This document shows, in pieces, positions 26,650 to 36,500 of a DNA stretch of 64,000 bases. Below the pieces are notes generated by a model. The model was not told where the DNA came from, ran no database searches, and saw nothing but the letters and a program-made list of their open reading frames with translations. This DNA is from Acidobacteriaceae bacterium. Its GTDB lineage: Bacteria > Acidobacteriota > Terriglobia > Terriglobales > Acidobacteriaceae. The stretch covers positions 11,540-75,539 of the forward strand of contig JASHQE010000087.1 in NCBI GenBank assembly GCA_030037705.1, given 5' to 3'. Position 1 is the stretch's first letter, and each line of letters begins with the position of its first letter. The position numbers and the translations under genes were made by a program.

Positions 26650-29600
26650 ATGGAGATGATTGTGGTGAGTTTGCTGTCTCGAAAGAGGGCTGGAAGATGC
26701 TTATGGGCTGCCGGTCTCGCTCTTGTGACGGCGTTGGTCATGGTGGGGTGCAGCAGCAGTTCGTCTATGGCGGGAAAGCAAACTGCAACTCCCACCTTCA
26801 GTCCTGGAGGTGGAACCTACACCACATCGCAGACGGTCACCATTGCAGACACAACACAAGGCGCGGTGCTGTATTGCACCACAGACGGAACGACGCCGAC
26901 CTCATCTTCTCCACAATGCAGCCAACCGACGACGGTCTATCAATCAGAGTATTTGCAGGCCATTGCCATAGCGCCGGGGATGTCTTCGAGTGCGGTGGCA
27001 TCGGCAGGTTACACGATTAACTTGAATGCCGCCGCCACTCCAACATTTTTGCCGGCAGGCGGCACATACACTTCCGCGCAAACCGTGGCTATCAATGATG
27101 CAACCACGGGAGCGAACATCTATTACACCACCAATGGAAGCGTGCCGACGGCTTCCTCGACGCTTTATACGGGGCCAATCAGCGTTGCAGTGAGCGAGAC
27201 GCTGAGCGCGGTCGCGGTGGTTTCCGGTTATAGCAATAGCGGAGTGGCAAGCGCCGCCTACACGATTAACACTGCCAGCGCTGCAGTGCCGACGATCGCC
27301 AGTATTTCACCGACCTCGGCAACGGCGGGTGGTGCAGCATTTACGTTGACCGTCAACGGCACGAATTTTGTCTCAGGCGCAACCGTGAATTGGAATGGTG
27401 CGGCACTGACGACGACGTTTGTGAGCTCGACGCAGCTTACGGCTACGGTTCCTGCAAATCTGATTGCGACGGCCGGCACGGCAACCATCACGGTGACAGA
27501 TACCGGCGGTACATCCTCGGGGACAACATTCACGATCAATCCGGGCGTGCCAACTATCACTAGCATTGTACCAGCCTCGGCAACAGCGGGCGGCGCAGCG
27601 TTTACATTGACCGTCAATGGAGCAAACTTCGTCTCAGGCGCGACGGTGAATTGGAATGGCGCGGCGCTGACGACGACGTTTGTGAGTGCGACGCAGCTTA
27701 CGGGGGCAGTTCCTGCAAATCTGATTGCGACGGCCGGCACGGCAACCATCACGGTGACAGATACCGGCGGCACATCCTCGGGGACAACATTCACGATCAA
27801 TGCGGGCGTGCCAACCATCACCAGCATTTCGCCGGTTTCGGTAACGGCCGGCGGTGCGCAATTCACGCTGACCGTCAATGGCGCGAATTTTGTCTCTGGA
27901 GCGACGGTGCAATGGGGAGGCGCAGCGCTGACGACGACGTTTGTGAGTTCAACACAGCTCACGGCTACGGTTCCTGCCAGCCTGATTGCCAACACGGGTA
28001 CTGCGACTGTGACAGTGACAGACTCAGGCGGCACCTCTTCCGCCATAACCATCACCATTAGCTCTCCCGGAGTGCCCACGATTAGCAGCATTTCGCCCGC
28101 GTCGACGACGATGGGTGGAAGCAGCTTTACTTTGACAGTCGATGGCGCAAACTTCGTCTCAGGCTCGGTGATCAATTGGAACGGAACAGCGCTGGCGACA
28201 AACTTCGTGAGTTCGACGCAGCTCACGGCGACTGTCTCTGCCAGCCTGATTGCCAGCGCGGGCACCGCGACAATCACCGTTACAAGCATTGGTGGCACAT
28301 CCGTTGGAGTGCCTTTCACCATCAATGCTCCTGCGCCGACAATCACCAGCCTTTCACCGGCCTTTACGGCTCCGGGTGGAACCGCGTTCACGCTGACGGT
28401 CAACGGGGCGAACTTTGATTCGACTGCCGTTGTGCAATGGGATAACACCGCGCTGACGACCAGTTATGCGAGCGCGACGCAAGTCACTGCCGTGGTGCCT
28501 GCGGCTCTGATTGCGACGGCGGGTACCGCAAACATCACCGTAACAACGACCGCTGGCGGCGCCTCGTCCGCCGCAATCTTTACTGTTGCGCCTGTGATCA
28601 GCGGAACCGCCGTGAGCGGCACATCGCCGGTCAGCGGCGCAACGGTGGAGTTGTATGCCGCAGGACAATCGGGATACGGCGCCGGAGCAACGCTTCTATC
28701 GACGACTCCCAGCACCGTTACAACAGATGCGAACGGGAATTTCGCACTGTTGTACGGCGCGTGCCCCAGTGCTCCGGGGGATCAGTTGTATCTGGTCGTG
28801 AGCACTGCCAATGGCGGCGGGTTCAATGGCAGTACGAATCCCAAGATCGAGCTGACGGCCGCGCTGGGTAGCTGCAGCTCACTGCTAGCGTCAGAAACGG
28901 TGAAGGTCAATGAAGTAACCACCATCGCTTCAGCCTACGCGCTCGCCGCCTTCGCCACCAGCAACACAAGTAGTGGGGGCATTACGGTGGGCGCGCCTGC
29001 TTTAGCGAGCGACACATCGTGCAATGCGGCGGGCAACTGGCAAAGCAGCGGCGGGGAAACGTGCAACTACATCGGATTGTCCAATGCTTTCAAAACGGTC
29101 AACAACTTGGTGAATCTCAGCGCCGGCCAGGCTCGCTCGTACACGCCCGATTACGCGCAAGGGCTGGCAAGCGACACCTACATTGTGAACAACAGCACTG
29201 TCCCGCAAGCGCGCATCAACACATTGGCAAATATTCTCGCAGCTTGCGTGGAGAGCTCCTCCAACTGCTCCACCCTCTTTGCCAATGCGCTGCCTTTTGG
29301 CGGAACAACGCAGCCTGCCGATACGCTGCAAGCGGCGCTGAACATCGCACAAAATCCAGGCCTGAGCCAGCCGGGCCAGAGCCAAAGCGCCAACAGCACC
29401 GTCATGTCGAACCTCTTTGGCCTGCAATCTACCTTCACAGCGCCACCCTACAACACGACCACGGACTCGACCTACAATCCCACCGGTTATCTTTCTGCGG
29501 CTCCCAGCGATTGGACGCTTGCTCTTACCTTTACCGGAGGCGGACTTGGGCTTACGGCGAATCTGCCGGCGGCGGCCAACGCCACGCTGCTGAACGGAAG

Positions 29601-30894
29601 CAAGCCTACGCAACTGGGTCCGAACGTCAATACGGCTCTGGCCATTGACGCGGCCGGCAACATCTGGGTCAGCGCATTTGGTGAGAATGATCTTTCCAAT
29701 AACGGCTATATCTCGTGGTCGCCGGATAGCAACGAATTTAATCCTATGCTGGCGGAGTTCAGCAACCAAGGCAGATCGCTGACTCCTGCAACATCTTTCA
29801 ACACAACCACGAATGAAGTGACTTATGGCGGAATAGATCTGGTGTCTTCAGCTTTCTTATCGACAGATACGGAAGCGATGGAGCAGGTGCCGGGCGCGTT
29901 GGGCATCGATCAGACAGGCAACCTTTGGAGCGTGTCTGCCTCCGAGCATGGAGATCTCTTCGATTACTCCAGTGCAAACTCCGGACCGGTTGGTTACGAA
30001 GGAGCGTTTACGGGTGGAGGCCAGCAGTTGGCCATGGATGCAATCGGCGACATCTGGGGAACGGATGGAGAGCGCGTCGATGGCCTCATGGAGTACAACA
30101 GCAAGGGAGCAAATATCTATTCAGACACTTCGGCTGCAGCGAGTTCTTATCTAGTCTTCGATTCCTCACTTACCAATCTCTGGTTCATCTCCTCAGGCGG
30201 TCTATATCCGCTGAATACAACGACCAAGGTTCTTGGAGCAGATGCGCTCACAGGAGGATTGGCTCCGGGAGGATTGTTTACTCTAGCGGCCGATGGCATG
30301 GCAAATGTCTATGGCTGCCTCAATAGTCTCACCGATCTGGATGTTTTCAACGCAACGAATGGCTGGGCCAACAAGGCCAATCCCTATGCTCTTGAGAATG
30401 GCACCAACAACTCGGTGACCGGTCTGCGCGGGTGTGGCAACCAGATTGTGCTGGACGGGCAGGGGCACATCTTCGCGGTAAGCAATACCGGCGAACTCAA
30501 CAGCCAGTACATAGCCACAAATGTGGATGAGTTCACCACGCAGGGCGAGTTGATTTCCCCGTCCCTCAACGGCTATACGGGTACAACCGCAAGCCTGAAC
30601 GCAACGACCGGCAACTACACCTACATCGAGCCGCCGACACTGAATACAGACATTGATTTTGGTACCGGCGGCGTCGGCGCGCCCGTTCCCGGGATCAGCG
30701 CGGCCATCGATGGTTCGGGCGACCTATGGGTTCTAAATGTCGACACAAGCGGAACGGTTCCATCCGGCACGTCACAGTACAATCCTATTCCCGCGACGAG
30801 CAATGTGCTGGTGGAGTATGTCGGCATCGGAGCGCCGGTGATAACGCCAAGCTCGGCTGCCCTTACCAACGGCACGATGGGCGTGCGTCCATAG
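26650..30894 (+). CDS. large surface lipoprotein: 2 chitobiase/Fn3-like domains, 5 IPT/TIG repeats, NHL-like propeller
   Basis: Lipobox MVGC; two ATPTF.P.GGTY...Y.TT.G..PT units; five PTI.S..P....GG..FTLTV.G.NF units; AIDAAGNIW-type repeats. Start uncertain (26650-26665). Confidence 0.85.
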   Translation: MEMIVVSLLSRKRAGRCLWAAGLALVTALVMVGCSSSSSMAGKQTATPTFSPGGGTYTTSQTVTIADTTQGAVLYCTTDGTTPTSSSPQCSQPTTVYQSEYLQAIAIAPGMSSSAVASAGYTINLNAAATPTFLPAGGTYTSAQTVAINDATTGANIYYTTNGSVPTASSTLYTGPISVAVSETLSAVAVVSGYSNSGVASAAYTINTASAAVPTIASISPTSATAGGAAFTLTVNGTNFVSGATVNWNGAALTTTFVSSTQLTATVPANLIATAGTATITVTDTGGTSSGTTFTINPGVPTITSIVPASATAGGAAFTLTVNGANFVSGATVNWNGAALTTTFVSATQLTGAVPANLIATAGTATITVTDTGGTSSGTTFTINAGVPTITSISPVSVTAGGAQFTLTVNGANFVSGATVQWGGAALTTTFVSSTQLTATVPASLIANTGTATVTVTDSGGTSSAITITISSPGVPTISSISPASTTMGGSSFTLTVDGANFVSGSVINWNGTALATNFVSSTQLTATVSASLIASAGTATITVTSIGGTSVGVPFTINAPAPTITSLSPAFTAPGGTAFTLTVNGANFDSTAVVQWDNTALTTSYASATQVTAVVPAALIATAGTANITVTTTAGGASSAAIFTVAPVISGTAVSGTSPVSGATVELYAAGQSGYGAGATLLSTTPSTVTTDANGNFALLYGACPSAPGDQLYLVVSTANGGGFNGSTNPKIELTAALGSCSSLLASETVKVNEVTTIASAYALAAFATSNTSSGGITVGAPALASDTSCNAAGNWQSSGGETCNYIGLSNAFKTVNNLVNLSAGQARSYTPDYAQGLASDTYIVNNSTVPQARINTLANILAACVESSSNCSTLFANALPFGGTTQPADTLQAALNIAQNPGLSQPGQSQSANSTVMSNLFGLQSTFTAPPYNTTTDSTYNPTGYLSAAPSDWTLALTFTGGGLGLTANLPAAANATLLNGSKPTQLGPNVNTALAIDAAGNIWVSAFGENDLSNNGYISWSPDSNEFNPMLAEFSNQGRSLTPATSFNTTTNEVTYGGIDLVSSAFLSTDTEAMEQVPGALGIDQTGNLWSVSASEHGDLFDYSSANSGPVGYEGAFTGGGQQLAMDAIGDIWGTDGERVDGLMEYNSKGANIYSDTSAAASSYLVFDSSLTNLWFISSGGLYPLNTTTKVLGADALTGGLAPGGLFTLAADGMANVYGCLNSLTDLDVFNATNGWANKANPYALENGTNNSVTGLRGCGNQIVLDGQGHIFAVSNTGELNSQYIATNVDEFTTQGELISPSLNGYTGTTASLNATTGNYTYIEPPTLNTDIDFGTGGVGAPVPGISAAIDGSGDLWVLNVDTSGTVPSGTSQYNPIPATSNVLVEYVGIGAPVITPSSAALTNGTMGVRP
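27286..28590 (+). repeat. five tandem ~261-bp intragenic repeats (IPT/TIG domains)
   Basis: Units start at 27286, 27547, 27808, 28072 and 28333. Confidence 0.9.
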
Positions 30895-31106
30895 TCAATG
30901 CAGAATTTATGGGAAATGCGCGGAGAAATAACGTGAGTGCCGTATCTATTTTAGACAAGTATGCAAAACTCGATCCTGCTTCCGTCACACTTCACGCCCG
31001 TACTTCGCAAACATGGGCAGAAGGCATAGACGGCGTCTGTTTTCGCACGAAAACGCGAAAGCTCAAGCTCAAGTTGCGCAGTGGGGGCGAAGAAGGAGCA
31101 GCGAGA

Positions 31107-31778
31107 ATGCGGATTTGTCAAGGAACGGAGCCGAGCGTAAGAGAGGATTGCGGGCCCAACATCGCGGCGGATAGTGAATCACTCGGAAAAGATTCCGTCG
31201 ATCGAACTGTACATTTCTACGGCGACGCGGGCGCTTCACAAACTGCAGAGTTGGAAAGCGGCAAACAAAATCTTAGCGCCGATGCTCAGGAGAAGATTCT
31301 TGCGTTGTATGACGAGTATCGTCCCAGACTCTACAGATATATGCGCAGCATGCAGCTTGGACGCGATTTAGCAGAAGAAGTGATCCAGGAGACGTTTATG
31401 CGCCTGACGATGGAATTGCTCAAAGAGAACTGCATCGAGAATGTACAAGGCTGGGTGATCCGTGTTGCCCACAACCTTGCAGTGAATCTACTCAAGCGGG
31501 AGCGCAACCCCTTTCTTGCCAAGGAGGCTTCCACTCTGGTCATTGAAAACCGGATCGATCCCGCATTGGGGCCAGACGAGACGTACTCCCAAAAGGAGCG
31601 TACCCGGCGCATAAAACAAGCACTGGCGGCTTTGAAACCGCAGCATCGTCAGTGCTTCGAAATGCGGGTCCAGGGCTTTCGCTATAAGGACATCAGTTTG
31701 GCGCTGGGAATCAGCGAACAAAGGGCGGCTTTCGTTGTGAAGCAAGTGGCGGTTCGTTTGGCTGCAATCTGCGGATAA
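31107..31778 (+). CDS. ECF sigma factor
   Basis: Region 2: LYDEYRPRLYRY...AEEVIQETFMRL...WVIRVAHNLAVN. Region 4: LAALKPQHRQCFEMRVQGFRYKDISLALGI. RBS AAGGAG precedes ATG31107. Confidence 0.9.
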   Translation: MRICQGTEPSVREDCGPNIAADSESLGKDSVDRTVHFYGDAGASQTAELESGKQNLSADAQEKILALYDEYRPRLYRYMRSMQLGRDLAEEVIQETFMRLTMELLKENCIENVQGWVIRVAHNLAVNLLKRERNPFLAKEASTLVIENRIDPALGPDETYSQKERTRRIKQALAALKPQHRQCFEMRVQGFRYKDISLALGISEQRAAFVVKQVAVRLAAICG

Positions 31779-31785
31779 CTACATC

Positions 31786-33576
31786 ATGGGAAACACGATC
31801 GAACAGATATTCCTGCGTTTCATCTCGAACCCCGACGAACATTTGTCCGACGAGCGAATGGCGGACTTGTTCTGTGAAGAGCTGTCTTTTGCCGCGCGCT
31901 GGATTGCGAGGCGCCATCTTGCGATGTGCCAGGATTGCGGGAAGCGCTATGAAGATCTCGTGGGGCCGCGTGCGGAACAGGCATTACAGCTTTACCGGGA
32001 GAGTCTGGACAACGAAGAAATGCGATTGCAGGCTCAGCCGAGAGCGGTATTCGCCCAATGGCTGCAGCTTCAGATGCGGCCCGAAGTTCAGTTGGGACTC
32101 AAGCTGCGGGCGAAGCGCCGTTTCTCTCGTCCCCGATTCCTGGCCGCGCTTCCGGCGCTTTCGATCGGAACTGCATTCGGTCTCGTCATCGGCGTATCGG
32201 CCGTTTCCTATTGGTCGTGGAAACATATGCCCAACATCACCGCGAACACCCTGCTGATTCGAGCGGAAAGATGGGACACTCCGAGCGTTGCTGCGCATCC
32301 AGGCGTTGCGCGTCAGACGGTTCAGATCAAGACATCCCGGCAGACGATCAAGAGAGCCGTGTATTGGGATCTGCAAGGAATACGCCGGCCAAGGGGTGCG
32401 GCGCTGCCTGCGGCGGAAGAACAGCTCCGTGCCGCGCTAGACAAGGCTGGCGTCAATTGGGACCAGCCGATCTCCGCGTCTGCCTATCAGACCTGGCACG
32501 ATCACCAGCACGTGCGCGCCGACCGTATCATCCGCAGCGGCGCTCATCTGCTTACCCTTACAACCACGGTGCCGGACGGAGCTGTATCGCAAGAATCTCT
32601 TACGGTGCGCGATACGGACTTTCATCCTGTGGAGCAGAAGGTGGACTTCCGCAACAGCGAAACGGTGGAAATAGCGGAACTCGATTTCGCGATCCTGCCG
32701 TGGAACGCGGTGGACGCGAACGCTTTCGAGCCTATAGCAAATGCGCCAGGCCCGATCGGTAATCCGGTGGCCCATGTTCTACCCCATTTGCCGGTTTCCG
32801 ATACTCCGAGCCCCGAGCAACTCGATGAAACCGAGCTGGCGGCAAGGCTCATCTTGAATCAACTCCATGCGGATACTGGCGAGCAGATTGAGATTCACAG
32901 GTCGCAGCGGGCCGTCGAAGTGGATGGACTTGTTGAGACGGAGGAACGCAAGCGCGAACTGATCGCCGGATTGATGACCGTACCGAGACTCAAGGTTTCC
33001 ATCCAAAGCGCAACGCATTTGCTGGAGAATGCGCCTCTGGCCAATGAGGTTGTTACCGTTCAAGCTGCGTCGCTGCCCGATCAGCCGTCGGCATTAGACC
33101 GATACATGCGCACGCATGGAAGCAGCACGAGCGAGATCAATGCGCTGGCAGAACGAATTTTCAGCAGCGCGCTGGCAATCAGCCAGGAGAGCAATGCGAT
33201 TGCCGACCTGGAGACGCGCTTCCTTTTCAAGGAGCATACGCCAGTGATCGCGAAAGCTACGCTGGAAGATCTGCTCTATAGCCATCGTGAGCGGCTCCAG
33301 GAGGCGCTGAGGAAAGAGCGTCTGCTGTTAGTCGAAACGGGACATATGCCTGCGTCTCATGAGGAAGCCGCGCAGCTTGCAGGGAGCTCCCTTGCCAGCG
33401 AGACGGAGCGGAATCTGGCGCTTTCAAAAGAACTCACTCAAACCAATATTCCGGTTACGAGAGGCGCGGAAGCGATCGTCGATGAGATGTTTTCGACGGC
33501 CGATCAGATCGTGGCGACGCTTGATGCATCCGGCAAGCCCAAGGACGATTCGGTGCAGAACACGGGAAAGGAGTAG
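31786..33576 (+). CDS. putative membrane-anchored anti-sigma factor (zinc-finger N-terminus, TM helix, large periplasmic part)
   Basis: 7 bp after the sigma gene. H-L-S-D...HLAMCQDC (HxxxCxxC), then a single hydrophobic helix. Paralogous to 61301-62764. Confidence 0.7.
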   Translation: MGNTIEQIFLRFISNPDEHLSDERMADLFCEELSFAARWIARRHLAMCQDCGKRYEDLVGPRAEQALQLYRESLDNEEMRLQAQPRAVFAQWLQLQMRPEVQLGLKLRAKRRFSRPRFLAALPALSIGTAFGLVIGVSAVSYWSWKHMPNITANTLLIRAERWDTPSVAAHPGVARQTVQIKTSRQTIKRAVYWDLQGIRRPRGAALPAAEEQLRAALDKAGVNWDQPISASAYQTWHDHQHVRADRIIRSGAHLLTLTTTVPDGAVSQESLTVRDTDFHPVEQKVDFRNSETVEIAELDFAILPWNAVDANAFEPIANAPGPIGNPVAHVLPHLPVSDTPSPEQLDETELAARLILNQLHADTGEQIEIHRSQRAVEVDGLVETEERKRELIAGLMTVPRLKVSIQSATHLLENAPLANEVVTVQAASLPDQPSALDRYMRTHGSSTSEINALAERIFSSALAISQESNAIADLETRFLFKEHTPVIAKATLEDLLYSHRERLQEALRKERLLLVETGHMPASHEEAAQLAGSSLASETERNLALSKELTQTNIPVTRGAEAIVDEMFSTADQIVATLDASGKPKDDSVQNTGKE

Positions 33577-33578
33577 GG

Positions 33579-36500
33579 ATGCGGCGCATCGATCGAGGAT
33601 CGGATTGGGGATCGGATCGAGAATCGGATCGGGGATTGCCGCTGAGCCTTCCTCCAGCGGGACGAAATTCTCTCAGGCTTAACCGGTGTGAAGGCCGCTT
33701 CCTCTTCTGTGTTCTGTGTCTCGGGTTGCTTGTTGCGGCAATTGCCGGTTGCGGCAGTACTGTCGGTTCGCAGACGAAGGCAGACGCGATTTCCATTACG
33801 AACGCGAATGGGGTAACGGAACAGGTCACTACGCTTGCACTGGCCTCCTCTGTGAACCTGAGCATGACCCCGCAAGATGATCGCGCCAGCGCGGGCGTGG
33901 ATTGGACGGTAACCTGCGCGGGCAATCCGGTTACAGGCAGCACCACAAACGGCGCCTGTGGCACGCTCGCTGCCGCTCATACCATCGATGGCGGCACAAA
34001 TACTTATACGGCACCCTCGGTGGTTCCAATCAACGCTGCGATCACCATTACGGCGACCGTAACTAGCGATCCATCGCAGAGCAGCAGCGTGAGCCTCACC
34101 ATCGTCGGGCTGCCAATTGGCGTCAGGTTGGGGTCTTTGACGACAAACTCTCCAGAGGTGGATACAACACTTTCTGTTAGCGCCACGGTGAGCAACGATC
34201 CGACCTATGCAGGGGTTATCTTCACTGCGACCTGCGGGTTAAGCGCGTGCGGATCATTTAATCCGGTCACACCGCCGCTCACTCTAGCCGCACAGACTTC
34301 CTTTTCGAGCGCATATACCGCACCGGCCGAGATCCCCACGGGAGGCGCCGTAACCATTACTGCGACATCGTTGGCCGATACGACAAAATCGGCCAGTGCG
34401 ACACTGACAATTACAACGCCCCCTCAGCCTGTTCCGGTTACCGTCAGTGTTCTGCCCGCAAACATCTATGTCGAGACCACCGGATCGGCTCGTATTGTCT
34501 CGCTGACCGCGATCGTCGGCAACGACACAGCCGCTGCCGGAGTCGATTGGTCGGTAAGCTGCAGCGCTTCAAACTGCGGGTCGATTACACCGCACACAGC
34601 GAGCGGCGCCGCTGCTACGTACGTGGGGCCCACCACTGTTCCTTCCAGTGGGACAGTGACAATCACGGCTGCGTCTACAACCAATCCCGCTGTGTCGGCA
34701 ACCTCCACGGCCGACATCGTAACTACGGCTCCGATCGCGGTCACGATGTCCTCCGCGCCTCCGACAACGATCACGGCGGGATCGGAGGCGGCGCTGACGG
34801 CGACGGTGACTGGCGATGCAAATAATCTTGGCGTGAACTGGACTGCAAGCTGTGGCAGTGCGGGCGCGTGCGGCAGCTTCAATCCGCCATCGGCGCACAC
34901 CGCAAGCGGAGGGCAGATTGTCTACACGGCGCCGACCACGGTTCCCACGGGATCGGTGGTGACGATCACCGCATCTTCTCCGGCGGCTACGCCGGCCAAT
35001 CCGGCAATTGCCGTGATTACGATCCTTGCTCCGTCTCCGTCGGTCACATTGACGCAAGCGCCGCCGGCAAAGATGACGGCTCTAACGCAGGCGCAGGTCA
35101 GCGCCACGGTGAAGAACGATGTTTCACCTGGAGGCGTGACCTGGTCGGTGCATTGTGGCAACACGGTTCCAGGCGGCTGCGGCTGGGTTCTTCCCTCGCA
35201 AACAGCCAGCGGCGTTGCCGCAACCTACACCGCGCCTCCCGCGGCAACGACGGGAACATCGGTGACGATCACCGCGACTTCGGTGGCCGACACGAACTCG
35301 AGCGCCAGTTCGAGCGCGATCGCCATCACCCCGTCTACCACGCTCTCCGTCAATTTCATCTCTTCACTTCCATCGCAGGTGGAGACGAACGCGACCGTCA
35401 ACCTGACGGCCGCTGTAGCAAACGATAGGACGAATGCCGGCATCGATTGGCAGGTCTGCGCGAGCGGCTGCGGTTTCTTCACTGTGAAGCCGGCGATCCC
35501 GGCCATTCCGGCCACGGCGACTACGCCGTATATTCCAGCAGTCCCGGCGGTGACGGCAACCACCGTCTCCGCATGGCCCAACGGCTTGTCCATCCCGTAT
35601 ACCGCGCCATCTCAGTCACCCTCTTCCGGTGTTGTTGCCGTGGCCGCATCAGCTCATGCAAATTCGGCGGCGGCAAACTCCGGAACGATCGCGATTAGTA
35701 CCGGCCCCACCGGGCCTGCACTGAATGGCGTAGTGCAGGCGGGATCGCAGCCGGTGGCGGGAGCATCGGTCGGGTTGTATGCCGCCGGCACAAGCGGATA
35801 TGCATCCGCATCGTCGCAAATTGCCACGGCCACTACCGATAAGAACGGCAGCTTCACGGTTCCTGCCGGTTACACTTGCCCGGCGGCTTCGAGCCAGGTG
35901 TACCTCGTGGCCACCGGCGGAAGCGTTGGAACGAACACTGCCAATCCGAATCTTGCGCTGATGACGGCTCTGGGAAGCTGCAGCAATCTGAGCTCATCGT
36001 CGGTTGTGGTAAATGAAGTCACAACAATTGGCTCCGTGTATGCGACGGCGCCTTTTGCAGCCAATGACGCGCTGACGGGCAACAGCAGCTATTTCTATCT
36101 CGGCACGAGCAGCGGAAATCTCTCCGGTCTTGCCAATGCATTTGCCGCGGTGAATAACCTGGTGAATATCTCCACGGGCCAGGCAAACTTCGTCACTCCG
36201 GTAGGAAACGCAGCGACGCCCTATGTGGAGATCAACACCCTGGCAGACATGCTGAACGCCTGCACCGCGACTTCAGGCGGCGCGGAAGGAGATGGAAGCG
36301 CCTGTGGTATTTTGTTCGCCGCTACGGACTTACTCGGAACTGGAACCTATAACGGCTCGATAGCGCCGTCCGATACACTGCAGGCCGCCTTCAATATCGC
36401 ACAGCATCCGGTTTCGAACTATGGCTATTTCTTGGGGAAAACCCAGCCACTGGTTCTGCCCGCGTCCAGTTCTCCCTTCCAGCCCGTTCTCCCGGCTTTA

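Noticed and set aside
27258-28448. 396-aa repetitive minus-strand ORF
   Set aside because: Antisense shadow of the IPT/TIG repeats; the plus-strand frame carries the recognisable domains.
27286-28590. Repeat arrays (also 33591-33638) considered as CRISPR or diversity-generating templates
   Set aside because: In-frame coding repeats with no repeat-spacer structure, and no cas or reverse transcriptase gene in the window.
30960-30990. TGCAA...GTCA upstream of the first ECF, compared with a similar string upstream of the second ECF
   Set aside because: Spacer lengths differ (17 vs 19) and the boxes are too short to be significant.
30726-31106. N-terminal extension of the ECF ORF (350 aa), and similar upstream extensions of cobN, cbtB and the ICMT gene
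   Set aside because: They overlap upstream genes or RNA elements; better RBS-supported starts exist downstream.
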